From the NCBI RefSeq assembly GCF_018977255.1, contig NW_024704742.1:2606001-2670000 (forward strand): DNA of 64,000 bases, written 5' to 3'. Below the pieces are notes generated by a model, which made no database searches, was not told the DNA's origin, and saw nothing but the letters and a program-made list of their open reading frames with translations. The translations under genes and the position numbers were made by a program. The DNA comes from Callorhinchus milii. Lineage: Eukaryota. How positions within the stretch are numbered: the stretch's first letter is position 1; each line of letters opens with the position of its first letter. Below, one piece after another: positions 27,690 to 40,850 of this stretch.

Positions 27690-28030
27690 TTACCACCAGG
27701 TTCCAGTTTTACTCTCTCATGAGTGAGTGGCTGTCATATGGATTGTGGATTGCGTAGATTTGTTCTGAATTTACCCCCTTCAATTCACAGGCCGTGTCCT
27801 CTGGTTCCACTATTCTGGACGTTGAAGCGGCCTGTCATGATCTGTATTGTTTTGCCCCTTGAGAACCTTAAAGACAGCGATCATGTCGCCTCTCGATCTT
27901 CTCCTTGCCAGCGTGAATGTGCCCAATGTACTTAGTCGCTCCTCATACTCCAGTCCTTCCATTCGCCTCAATCGTTTTGGTCGCCCTCCTCCGTATCCTC
28001 TCGATTTCTCGCATGAGCTGCAGGCATCCA
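27690..28030 (-). mobile_element. CR1 LINE ORF2 3' fragment
   Basis: Minus-strand translation GLEYEERLSTLGTFTLARRRSRGDMIAVFKVLKG, the canonical CR1 C-terminal motif. Confidence 0.85.
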
Positions 28031-31000
28031 AACCGAAATAAGTGAATGCTAATGCAGAAGAGTGAGACTAGGGCTGGTGTGATAGAACGACATGGATATT
28101 CTTCTGAGTATTCTTCAGTGTTGAATTAGTGCTTGTGCATATGCGTGTGTGGGGGTTGGGGGTTAAAAAAACGTTTTATGATAGCCCCTTTGCGATACCT
28201 CATGGTAATGACCTCGTCCTGCGACATTTATGCACTTGCCTGATATTTTCCGTTAATTATGTATATGTTGTTAAAATATTCATTTGAGTTAATGTTGCTG
28301 CATATATGGTTCGTAATGAGTGGGAATGACGTGCAGTGTTGCTCGTCCGTCAATATGCAAAATAAGAAAAGGTTGGAATCCAGAGGTCAAGATTGCAGCA
28401 TTCCTCAACACATTCATGTTCCTTACTGAAAGAATGGTGTTCAGCCAATAATTCCAGTGATCAATAATCCTTACATTTGCTGCAGCGCTTTCAAAGTCAA
28501 GAGGTATTAATGTTCAGGATTGCGAAGAGCGATATTATAGAGAGGATAATCAACAGCTGGAACCAGAGGATACCAGAACAGGTGTAAAGGCCATGATGCT
28601 GCGATTGGAATCAATAAAATCAGTGTTAGTAACCTTCTTCTTGTATTAAATACTCAAATATGTAATACAATGCATTTTTGTATCGTGCGGGGGTTAAAAA
28701 TTGTGGCACGTGATATTATTGCTGGTAATAATGATCACAGTGTAGTAAAAAACAGTCAATAGCAAAAACTAGCTCAGATAACACCCCCCCCCATACCCCC
28801 CCCCTCCCCTTTCATGAGCCATTTTAAACGAAAATGATTTTGCTTAGAAGTTGTTCACAACATGTGAAAAAGGTGTTCACAAGTAGCACAAGGTTAGAGC
28901 CATATTTAGGTAAAGTGGCTAATGCAGCAGATAATTGTAAAGCATTTTGACGCCACACAGTAATGTGAATAATTGAGAACAACATGATACCTGGTTTGGG
29001 TTTATACATTGAGCTAATATATCAAATCAGTTACATATGATAAGAGAGTGAATGGAAGTCAGATAACGCATTTCGGTTCTGTGCTTGGATCACGTGCATT
29101 AATCTGAAGTCCGCGGCATTTTAATATTCTCTGTAAAATGCTGTTTTTTTCACTGTCTGCAGAGATCTGAATGTCGCTGTGGTTTTACAGCTCCATCTAC
29201 TTAGGAGAGTGCATCATACATTACAGCAGTCTCAGCATCGTTGCCAATTTGGCACTCGAATTTACGGATGTCGTACTTGTCAAAGACCTTTTATGGAGGT
29301 GGAAAGCCCATATGCTTGTTCGTGTGTGTGTGTTCGTGTGTGCGCGCGTGAGGGCAAACAGATCAAACAACTTAAAAATGACCTGACTCTCTATCAGAAG
29401 CTACTAGCACTGAGAGTAATTATTGTGGTTGGATTCAAAGCTGATTTTTTTTCTTTTCTCATTGAACAACCCTCTCCCAGTTTATTGCACGAAACAAGCT
29501 CGATATAAATTTTTTGACCATTACATTCTTTTTTGTTTTGGTCCAGATTGGTTTTCCAAGTGAATTTCGATTGAACAAAAGTAGACCGGAATAAAAACAC
29601 ACTCTTCGTTTATTGGCTGAAATTGTTTAATTTGATGAGGTAAATGCCCTGGATTCAGACCCTACAGATAGGACTAATGCAGTTTGAAGATATAGTAGAA
29701 GTCGATTATACGCACTGATTGGGCTCGGTCCCATTGGAAAAGCAAACAGTACGGATAATTGGACATCACGGAAAATACCAATTGACTACATTGCTGACTT
29801 AAGCAATTGTTTCATCAGGGTTTCTACTGTACTGTATTATCACAGAGTTTTGAGTCTTCTCTGCTGCACTTTGTCTTCCATTCTACCCATCCCTCATTCT
29901 CTCTCTCTTTCTCACTCTCTATCTGTGAGTCTCTCCATGGACGTCTATGTCTACGCTTATATACCGTTCTGTTAATATGAAAACTTACCTCTGCATTCAG
30001 CCATATCAATCCCAAGTGGGTGCACGTGTGAAGTGGTGCACGGTGCAGGAGAGGTCACTAAAGGGGTAGTTAGCATCCATAGGAACGTCATGCACAGTTG
30101 GATTTTGGGGGGCTTTCTTCATAGCCCTGTGTCCACTTCTGCATCGGGCCTCAGTGCAGATACTTGGATATGGGGATAATTGGCTTGAGGATAATCAGTG
30201 CTCTAGTCTAGGTCCTGTTCCCTGTCCCCAGTGGTTTGATTTCAAGATCCTTGTCCTTTTGTTCAAATTCTTCCATAGCGTTGCTCCATCCTGCCACTCC
30301 AACCTTCTGCACTCATACCAATCCTCTGCTCAGTGAACACTAGCTTGCTTTTTGCATTGATAGACAAGCTTTCAGCCATTCTGCTTTTGACCCACGAGTC
30401 CCTCCACCTCGTTCCCTCCCTCTGCACATCTCAGGCAAGGAACTGTCTCGGAGGGTTTAACAGTGGTGAAGTTTGACGCCGAGTCAGGGAGGGATGGAAA
30501 TGACTTTAGGTGCAGTCAAAGAAGAAGATTTGCAGGCACGATCTGAAGACTGGAGAGGCAGAGGGATTCAGGCAGAGACTACCAGAGTTTTGGTGCTGAA
30601 GGACACAAGAGTAACAACAGACCATTTGTTTTTATATAGCGCCTTTCACATCAGGAGGCGTCCCAAGGTCCTGGACAATCGTCATTAGTCATTCACTCCA
30701 TGGCTGTTTGTGGCACATTGCTGTATGTGAATTGGCTGCCATGTTCACCCACAAACATACACCGTTAACTGCACTTTAAAGTATATCTTGAGTAGTGCTT
30801 CCACATGTTCTGCTGACTCGAAAGGCGCTAACCCAAATTTAAGGATTATTATTATTATTTATTTAAGCCTCGACTGCCTGTCTAGCGAGGATCACACTAA
30901 CTGTTGCAGGGTTAACAGGAGCTGAGCGGTAAGAATAACCCCAGGGACCAGTTTGCTCCTCCAAATCCTCGCAGTCAGCCAGGCTGATTATTCTCCCATC

Positions 31001-32116
31001 AGCAGTGCCCTGGAGTGTTGCAGATCCAATGAGCTCATGGACAACACTACCGAGGCCACCAGACAATTGACTCAAACTTGCCATTCCATTGCCAAACACA
31101 TCTCCTCGGAGCCAGCTTAGCTCCAGGGGAACACACCTACCTCCCTTCTTGTCCTCCCACGAGGACAGTGACTAATTGGCCAATTACTGTTGAACAAGTG
31201 CGGGTTTGAGTTCTCACTGGGTGGATGGCAGGAACTCCCTGATGAGAGGCACAACTCAGCAAGAAATGCGCGAAACCATTGCCACCGTTCTCTTGCTCAC
31301 AGCGCGGACACAAATCCCTACTCATTGCGCGATGGGTCATACCATTCGGGTATTTAAAAATGTTATAGTTATCTCGTCCAATAAACAACAGCAACTTGAG
31401 TTCAGCTTTGACTCCATGAAATATAAAGGGAGATAATTTCAGGATTTGTCCTGTTTTTAAATTGATTAGTATCATGTATGTTGTTTAATCGTACACATTA
31501 ATCACTGAAGCTTTACACCTTAAGAACAAAAATGACATCAGCTGTAGCCTTTTGATGAGAATCACGGGATTGACCAGACACCCCTGCTACACAGGAGATG
31601 ATTTTTAAAACAACCAATTGAAACTTCTGATGTACATTTTGGGTCATTTGAGGTTTTGTTTCAAGCTTATTCTCCAAAAGAATTAAGTGACAACTGCCAC
31701 GCAGTCAACCAATTACTCTTTCTGTTTTGATGATGGAGTGTAATGAGAAGCAAAGAGCCCTTTAAATTTTGCAATTCAGTCAAACTAGACGAGAGTATTT
31801 TCCTCTCTTGAGAATATTGCTTGCACAGTACACGTTCCGGTTGCCTTGAAGACTCGAGAGTCATTTGAATGAGAGCTGCGTTTTCTGTTGTACGGTTGAT
31901 GGGGGTTAGGAGGTTAATGTGTGCACTTACCATGATAAAATGTATGTCTCCTTTCCTCCAACACACGCATACGCCACAGGTACTAGAAGCAAGGATTATT
32001 TCCATTAGCTCCTTTTAAACCTGAAGCCAAAGCCCTCAAAGGTATGAGGGTCCGAGCAGCGGGAAATCTTTCGAACACAAGCTATGCTATTTTAGCTGGT
32101 TAGACATCAGCAGTGA

Positions 32117-32775
32117 GACATGGAGCAGGCCAGAGCAGGCTGAGCGGAGGGAGCGGGCAGGTTGGTAGGGAGTCAGCAGATCAGAGATATAGGAAGGGGC
32201 GAGGCCGTGGAGGGGCTTGAAAGTGAGGACGAGGATTTTGAATTCAGTGGCGGAGTCGGGCAACGTTGCGGAGGTGGGGGAAGGCAGAGCGGGTCATGGC
32301 ACGGATGTGAGGGGGAAAGGACAATTGAGGGTCAAACAAGACGCCCAGGTTCCTGAAGCCTCGGTGAGGTGCAGTGTGCATCCGTGGATGCTGATGCTGC
32401 CAGCGCCTGAGGTGCGGAGCCAATCGGGAGGGCCTCAGTCTTGCTGACATTCAGCTGTAGAAAGTTAGTTTTCATCCAGGACTTGATGTCAGATAGACAA
32501 TCTGTCAGGACAGCAGTTGTCCTGGAATCGAGGGTGGAGGCAGAGAGATAGAGTTGGGTGTCGTCCTCGTACATGTGGAGTTGACCTCATGTCTGTGGAC
32601 GATGTCACCAAGGAGGAGCATGTAGAGGTTGAAGAGGAGGGGACCGAGGACCGAGCCCTGAGGAACACCGCACGAGACGGTGCGGGGGCTGGAAGAGAAA
32701 CTGTTGGCGGACACAAACTGGAGACGGTGTGAGAGATAAGACCTGAACCATTCAAGAGCAGAACCTCGAAGGACT
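32117..32775 (-). mobile_element. L2-like LINE RT fragment
   Basis: [17 protein letters not shown] and [11 protein letters not shown] (YADDTQLY-like), WMKTNFLQLNVSKTE. Confidence 0.9.
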
Positions 32776-33901
32776 GCTGTAGTATGCTAAACGTTTCCCT
32801 AAAAAACCACGTGATATATTAGCAAAAACGAGACTTAGCGCTAACCAGCGCCTCAACTATTCCCCCGCCTCGTGCATCACGCTGTTTTCGGTCGGTTTGC
32901 TTGTCTCTCTCCGACACGCACGACCTCTATCTGAATTAGAAATGTGCATCATGCACCTGTCCGGAAACACAGCACTCTGTCTCGATTAATTTCTGCTCCT
33001 CTCGGTTGCCGCCTCCAGCCTGTCAGACGCAGGGAGTATGAAGCACGGGACAAGCTTGTGTATTCGCACTTCAGGCGAACTTTTGGTTAGATTTACCCAG
33101 GACTGTGCAACACGGCATCAGACCCACTCGGTCCAACGGTCTGTGCCAGGGTCTTAATACTCCACAAGTCTCAACCCAAATCCTTGCTGCCTCCCATTCC
33201 CCTCTCCCTCACGCGTATATCTAGCTTCCTCTTAAATGCCTCTACAGTATCTGCTTCAAACACCACTTCGATTTCTCTGCCGTCTGCCTGAAGTGGTCCC
33301 TCCTAAAGTTCTCTTTGGTATCTCCTAGCCGCCCTCTCACACGTCGACCGATGTTCACGGCTCCTCTGCCTATTATGGGCGCGCACTGGTGTCCGTTTGC
33401 AGGGAATCCTTGCCCGCAAAACGTTTCCCGGGCGCTCAGTCTCTCTTTTTTTTTTTCCGCGCGTTCGTTCTTTGCAGAAAGAAAATAAAAAGTTGTTGGA
33501 CACGTAGACGCCTCCTTGAGGAACCTGGTCGGGCTTTGCACTCCCTGTCAAGGCTGCCCCCGTGTGGTTATCCATGCAATCGACACCATGTGTCGTGGAA
33601 ATAGACGGGGGCTCTTTTGACCCGTTGAGTGGAAAGTTACTCGCTGTGTACTTAGCAACCCGAGGATGCGTTAGGTGTTCAACAAGAGCGGGAGGCGCTG
33701 GTGAAGTACGTCGGTGCGTCAACCAGCCGTGCAGCGGAGGATGTAGGTTTAAATCCCACGTGTGTTTTTCACCGGGTATCTATTTGATCAAAATGTTTGC
33801 ACAATTTCTCCTCTTTCCACCCCCTCCCTCCCTCCCTCCCTCCCTCCCCTCACCCTCACCCGCCGCCACGTTCCCCCAAACCAACTCTTTTGCCCGTCCA
33901 G

Positions 33902-34142
33902 GATTCTGGAACTCCTGCAGAGCGGGGAGATCGACCTGCTCAAGCACAAGTGGTGGCCGAGGACCACCCAGTGTGACATCTACTCCTCGTACAAAGCACA
34001 GCAGAGGAGCAGCGCTCTGGATCTGGCCAGTTTCGCCGGCGTCTTCTGCATCCTGGCGGCCGGCATCATCCTGGCCTGCGTCATCGCCATTGTGGAGAAC
34101 TGGTGGAACAGACGGAGAGCTTCCCGGGTCCCCTCCAAAGAG
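33902..34142 (+). CDS. GRID2: GRID2 internal coding exon (end of S2, M4 helix, proximal C-terminal domain)
   Basis: Acceptor ccgtccag|G and donor AAAGAG|gtaaca. 241 nt; completes the Arg codon AG+G, then [80 protein letters not shown] (KHKWWP motif, M4 [12 protein letters not shown]). Confidence 0.97.
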
Positions 34143-37100
34143 GTAACATTCTTCATCCGGATCTCTCCTCGTGAATAAGTGCTGGACGTATCTGACGGGA
34201 GTCTACTTTCGAGGATGGAATAGAGAAGGTTAAGGGAGGATTGGGGTGGGGGGGGGGGGAGGCAGGTGGGAGTGGGGGGGGCTCGGAGTTGGGGGATCCG
34301 ATCGAGGGATTCAAAAATTCTGACTTGAGAGGTTAAGTGGGGAAAGATTTATTTCCGCTGGTTGTGAGGAAAAATGAGGATAAAGGAAGGCGTGAGCTCA
34401 GGATCTTTAGCGGGAGAGTTAAAGGGGGAGGTCAGAACGTTTACAGCGCAGGGAGGGTTGAGGGTGGAAGGGGAGAGATGTCGGGGTGTGGAATGCTTGG
34501 CCACAACCGGTGGCTGAGGCTGTTAACATTTAAACAAGGGAATGGGCTGAGAATTTGAAGAGAAACGAGAGGGCGAAAAATAGAGTGCTTCTAATAGATT
34601 TGGCCGGCGTTTATACCAACCACATCAAATCTGGTCAGAAAGTGTGGGATTTCAGTTGATAACTATTGACTGGTTTTCGTGCTAACACCCTCCCTCCCTC
34701 CCTTCAGCATTTAGAGTGCTGCTTCGCAGGAGATTAGCTGAGTTAAGGCGGTATCCTTGGTTTAGCCACAGTAAAACTGATCTGTGATCAACAGGGTGGT
34801 CAGGTTTGGGCCCAACCACTGCGGCAAAGCTGGCCAGAGATGGTACCGCACTGATATACCACAGTATAGGCCCCAAAGATTATCAATAAAGAGAACCCTC
34901 AAAGTACGGGTCTGAGAGAAAAGCCACAGCAACGTACCTCAGGGTACGGCCTCCAGCTGTGAAGAGAGGGAAAGTGAATAGACAGGTTAGATTAGTCTTG
35001 TTCTACTAGGATTGGTGAAGATGTGGGATGCGTTACCTGGGGAGATGGTGGGAGGCAAATTGGGGCCAACAAATTAAAGGGAATAAATAGCTATATTGTG
35101 ACGACATGGATTGAGACTTAGAAGAGTGGAGAAGAGTAGAGTTCATTTGCATTTCAGGACATGCCAGATAAGCCCCGGATTGTTGTTTCCGATCCTTAAC
35201 GCAATGTTTTTTTTCAATATTTACATTAAACCGATGGCAAGTGCATTCTAATGCATATATTGCAGGTTGATACAGACACGTGTTTAACACGATTGAAATT
35301 CAATTCAACATAACAGGACCCAGCACCGTCTGTTTTGTCCGGATTGCTAAATAGAAGCAATAAATTTGCTTGATAATTAATAAACTAAATAGCGTTATAA
35401 AGTCATAGCAAATCGATTCCTATTGTAGTGATAAAATAGTCCTCCAGAGAATGAAGTCTCCATGGCCAAAAAAAGATTTTTTTTTTGTAATCATTATCCA
35501 ATCAACGTTAGACGTGTATCAACAAGGTTAGTCAAGTATTGGAGTATATCTCGAAAGTCTTAATTTATGCATTGAAACAGGTTAGTTACCACTATAAATA
35601 TGGTGTATGTCCTTAGGGTGTGATCCATAGCTATTTCCAGCAGAATTACTTAATATGGAAACTGGAGTCGTGTCATTTTATTGATGAATCCTGTTAGAAA
35701 TTTCTGCGTATCAGACACTCGTATTTCAATAGTTTGCACCGTTTTAGAACCCTAGTTTCAAGCAGACGTTTGTAGATGGTTCAGGGAAGAGCAACTAAGG
35801 TGATTCTTAAAACATTCAAACTTATCAGGACGGGACAGACTCAGAGAATTGACTTGTTTTCCGGAGATAAAGAACACTGAGGTGGATTATGATCCATGCA
35901 CTCGAAGCAGTAAAAGATAATGGAGATGCAAGCACATTAATTGGCTTAAATCGTGTTCATCTTTCTCCCCCCAGCTCAGTTTTGGGTGCCAGCCGCATGC
36001 GTTAAGTGTTTTGAGATGTCCTGCTGACATGCAAGATGTTATATAAGTGTTAATTGTATTGCATATCATAGAAACTAGAAAATTTGAGGACTATACCTTC
36101 GCAGCCCAATGCTTAATTTGGTTGGAGGTTTGAGACCTTCAGACTTTTTCTCGACATACACTTCTATTTTGACTCAGATGCCATTGGTAATGCCTTTCAT
36201 AAACACACACCACAAGTTAAATATGTCAGGCAAATGATATTAGAATATCACCTAAAATGTGTACATAACGTGCGTATCACAAAACATGCAGCAAATGCTA
36301 TTTTCACTTTGATGCAAAAGTACATAGAATTTAGCTCCACTTAATTGACTTTGAGATGTTAATGAAGAACACGGAAATTTAGCAGTAGCGCATGTCTTGC
36401 CAAAATTGCCAGCTTTTAAGCAGTGGCAGAGAGGAAAATGTCACCATTGTGCTAAAACACCATTCTCAAAGAGTATCTCCATTGAGCCAGCAAGACATTC
36501 CCAGTAACCTTGGGCCCCATCGTTATGCCCATGTCAGAATGCAATGGTCCAGTTCCACAGTGACTTACTGCGGTGCTTAGCAATAGACAAACGTCCTTCA
36601 GGAGACGGAGAGAAAGTAGCCAAGACCACATCACCTGGTACCCAAAACCGATTAGAAAGCTCGGGCTCTCAGGCCTGAAAGGAGATGTCTCACGGGGACT
36701 TTAAAGAGGTATACAAGATTGGAAATGGGATTGAGAAAATAAACCCGGATCAAAACCTTGGATGCAACAACACAGCAGAACGATACAGGTTTAGGGTTCC
36801 AAAGAGCAATTTCAGACACCGGGGAAGAATCTTTTTTTCCCAGATGGTTATACAGTGACAGGCTCAGGTTCCCGGGAATAGTGTCTGAGCCCAGGACATT
36901 GGACTGATTCAGTAGGTTGGGTATTGTGGAAGGATGAGGTCAGACAGACTGAAGGGCCTTATTCATCCAAACCTCTCTTTGCGATCTGAATGGTCGTCAG
37001 AAAGGAGCAGAGCTGGAGTTGTATTTGTCAAATGAGAACAAGCCCACAATTCTCTGAGTGGCGGTGACATCAATCTGATCTGCAGAGTATCAAAGAAGGA

Positions 37101-37654
37101 ATATGTCAGCCGTATCTGCTTGGGCGGATGGATAAGTCAACCTCTAGTCAAAAACAAATGTCCCCCGCTTGGTCGCAGCCATATTCTGCCGTGTTACAGA
37201 TCTCGGCTTGAAAAAAAAATCTATTCCTTCGATGTTTAAATTGAAGCGAACCCTCTCTTTTTCAGGCAGTTCAGGCTTTTTAAAAAAAAAGATAAAGTGC
37301 TCATTTGATAGTACAGAACAATTAAAAACCATCCCACTTTGTCCTCTGTCCTTTGTACGGCAAAATGATGTGACCGTATATATTTTTTTGTATGTAACGT
37401 ATTGTTTCACCTATTGTAAGGTGTGGGTTTTATTCCCCGAATCGGAGTTAACATCCATAACTGGAATTACTTTTCTGTAGGCTAAAGTCAGTTGGCGAGA
37501 AAGAACTCAGGCAATGCCGCATGTAGCCATGACAACTCACACCTCAGAGAGGCACTGTGCAAAGATCGAGCATCTTCACCCTCTGGCGTTCAGTATCCGT
37601 GAGCGTTCTACTGTCACTAAGCAACTATGCCGCTACTTTACTATGTCAGCTCCG

Positions 37655-38190
37655 CGCACATGTACATCCCACGCACAGTCGCGCACACACACACAGTCGC
37701 GCGCACACACACAGTCGCGCACACACACACACAGTCGCACACACACAGTAACACACCCAGTAACACATGCGCACAGAGACACTTACACAGTGACTCACAC
37801 TCACACATACAGTCTCACACACACACTCACAGAGACACTCACAGTGGCACACACTCACACATACAGTCACACACACACACACACACACAGTAACACACAC
37901 GCGCACAGAGACACTCACGCAATGACACACGCACATACATAGTAACACACGTACACAGGGACACTCACACAGTGGCACACGCGCGCACACGCACAGTCAC
38001 CCGCACACAAAGGGACGCGTACACACAGGGACACAGCGACACACGCCCTCACGCACAGCACGCACATGGGCACACGGCGAACCGTTCACACACAGCGACA
38101 TGCGCGCACACAGACTGAGTGACGCGCGCGCACACACACGACACGGAATCACACACACGCGGTGACTGACGGGTTCACACATACAGACGC
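37655..38190. repeat. (CA)-rich compound microsatellite/minisatellite
   Basis: acagtcgcgcacacacac-type units. Confidence 0.9.
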
Positions 38191-40119
38191 AAAAATCACA
38201 GAAATGACCTTAGCATGCTGCGCTAAAACTGCGCTATATAATTAATTCTAATGTTTAAACTAAACACCACAAAACGCGTACCTTGTATAAACAAGACTAC
38301 TAAACAGAGTGTTAACTATATTTGTGTCACTTCTACAAGTCATTTGCAGCTTCGTTACGCATGAGCTATTCCAGTCTCCTTTGCTTGTGGAATGAACTGT
38401 ATTTAGCGACTTGTTATAAACGCATTGTCTATAACCGCTCAGTTGATAATTTAACCGATCCTATATTGCTTTGGGACCAGGGTTTGAATCCAGCCAGGAC
38501 TAATGGATAAAAGTCTTCTCTCTCTGCAGGATGTAAGGGCCCTATGTGAAATGAATTTAGAGAGAGTCAACCCACTTCCTAGGGGGCCTGCGCCCACAGC
38601 ACAAAACTGCCCAGAATTCAGCACTAAATTGGCAATTTCACTCAGAGAGGTCATAAGGATGGCTGAGGTGAGAAATAGAAATTTCACACGGGTGCAGTAA
38701 GGGGTTCGCTTTTGAGGTTGGGGCTGAAGCACAATGGCGATAGCAGGATTTTGAAAGGCATCGTCCCAACACCATGCCGCCTCTCCCCCACACCCTACGT
38801 GACACACACACACACACACACAACACACCCATTACCGGTCTAGGTCTAGTCTAAGCAGGACCAGCTCTCGCTCTCTCTCTCTCTCTCTCTCCCCTCCTTC
38901 CACCCGCCCCGCACACGTGAGTTTGCAGGGCTATGGGGTGCAGCGTATCGGTGGGGCAGAACGGAGTGAGTTTTATTCCGCAACTGGTTCCGTTACGCCT
39001 GACTAAGGTTCACTGAAAATCGAAATGCGTTACATGCCTCAACACTCTGATCCTTCGAAAAGCACGTGCCATAAATCTCACAAGCGACTTTACAGCTGCA
39101 TTGCCTGGAATCTGAATTAAGACGGTGCGGACTGCCGGGCTCTTAATTGTACATTGGATGATTTGGCAATGGGGGTGAGGGGTATGCAAGCTGAATTTGG
39201 ACCCAGCATCGGCTTGCAGGTAGCCACACGTGTTTCACGTTGAGCCAAGAGACGATCCCTGGAAGGAGGGTCATGTCGGAGCAGGGAGCTTGAAGTATGG
39301 TCGGCACAATACATGTCTGGTTGCTTGCAGGAGTTTTGGTTCCCAATTCCAAGACGGTATTTGTGATTCCAGCAAATACTGTATTTGGAACCCCGACAGT
39401 GATAGGCCTTGGCAAACTCCAATTTAGATTTGCTTCTGAAGGAAGAAGTCTAGGATCAGTGTTATGCCGCTTAGACACAAAACCCCCGAGATTGTCTTGC
39501 ACAACCGTATTTTTGTTCTAGATGTAGTGTACCCTAGTTTTTTTCCCCTGAAAATCTAGTGCATATTACACATGGTCCCCCATTACACCTTCATCCTCCC
39601 ACTGAAACTCCAGCCCAAATAATAATAATTAAGAATCCTTGCCTAAGACATTGCACCTCATCATGTCATCAAAACGCCTCAAAGCACTGCACAGGGTACA
39701 CTATAAAGTGTAGTGACTATTTTAAGCGAATGATAGTTCATGCACACATTGTTTAGGTCATTTTTTTCCTTTTTTGAAGAAAGACAAGCACTGTGTGTGG
39801 CACAACACGATATAAGGCACATTCAGATAAATATTGGCTGACAAATCTACATTTCAGCTCGCATTGTCAGTGCCCCCGTAAATGCAGGCCATGAATGTTG
39901 ATGCCAGTACGTACTGCGGTAAACCCAAAGTCACCTCAGCAGTAAGTGAACAGCCCTAATGAGACCGTTTAATTTTAGAGCTCAGAGAGGAAAGCAATTT
40001 TATCAAGCTCTTTAATTCCTGAAAATTCAGTTATGGTTTAAAAATTCCTAGATTGGCCCCTAGATATGCAGTTGTGAGCAGAAGGCTGAGTTTTAAAATA
40101 GAGATCTCATCAGAGACTA

Positions 40120-40332
40120 TTTTAATCCCTCCAAAAACTAAAAACAATAATAAATTGGTCATTTTCAATCTACGACTGTTTGTGGGACATTGCTGTGCGC
40201 AATTGGCTGCCGCGTTCGCCCATAAATATACAGTCAATTCACTTTACAGTGTGTTCTGTGAAGCGCTTTGGGACGTCCTCCCGACGTGAAAAGCGCTATA
40301 TCAAATGCAAGGATTATTATTATTATTATTAT
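40120..40332 (+). mobile_element. 5'-truncated SINE, near-identical to the 21365-21560 copy
   Basis: Body and tail ...aaagcgctatatcaaatgcaaggattattattattattatt. Confidence 0.9.
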
Positions 40333-40433
40333 TAATGAAACGTAACCATAAGCTACCTGTAGCAAACACTAAATGGCTAGTCTTATGAGTGAGGCACTCT
40401 TTAGGTTAAATGTTAAAACGGCAGCTCCATCAG

Positions 40434-40850
40434 CCCGGCTCAGTAAGTAGGACTCTCGCTTTTGAGTCAGAAGGTTGTGGGTTCAAACTCCACATCAGGT
40501 CTTTATTCACCCTACGTAGGCTTACACTCCAATATAGCGTTGAGGGAACACTGCATTATCGGATGTGCTGTCTTTCGGATGAAAAGTAGCAAGACCATGA
40601 TCAGGGTGGGACGTTTAGGTTTAGGTGGAGACGTTTAAGATCTATTCGGGAAGAGAAGGCTGCCCTGTGGCCTGGCGAACGATTTCCGAGATAAAATGAG
40701 TCATTTATCTCATGGCAGTTTGCAGGACATTGCTCTGCGCAAATTGGCTGCTGTGTTCACCCGCAAAACATACAATCGGAGTAAATTCTGTAAAGCGCTT
40801 TGAGACTTCCTCCTACAAGGAAGACACAATATCGATTACAAGTATTACGT
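40434..40850 (+). mobile_element. tRNA-headed Deu-domain SINE (older family)
   Basis: ggctcagtaagtagg...gagtcagaaggttgtgggttcaaactcc head, cactgcattatcggatgtgctgtctttcggatg Deu core, shared 3' body. Confidence 0.7.

Noticed and set aside
33562..34146. 194-aa ORF overlapping the M4 exon
   Set aside because: Alternative-frame by-product of GC-rich sequence; the true exon is defined by its splice sites and homology.
37514..38182. His/Thr- and Cys/Val-rich ORFs
   Set aside because: Translations of a CA microsatellite.
39117..39521. Cluster of overlapping 65-119 aa ORFs
   Set aside because: No recognisable domain or splice-consistent structure.
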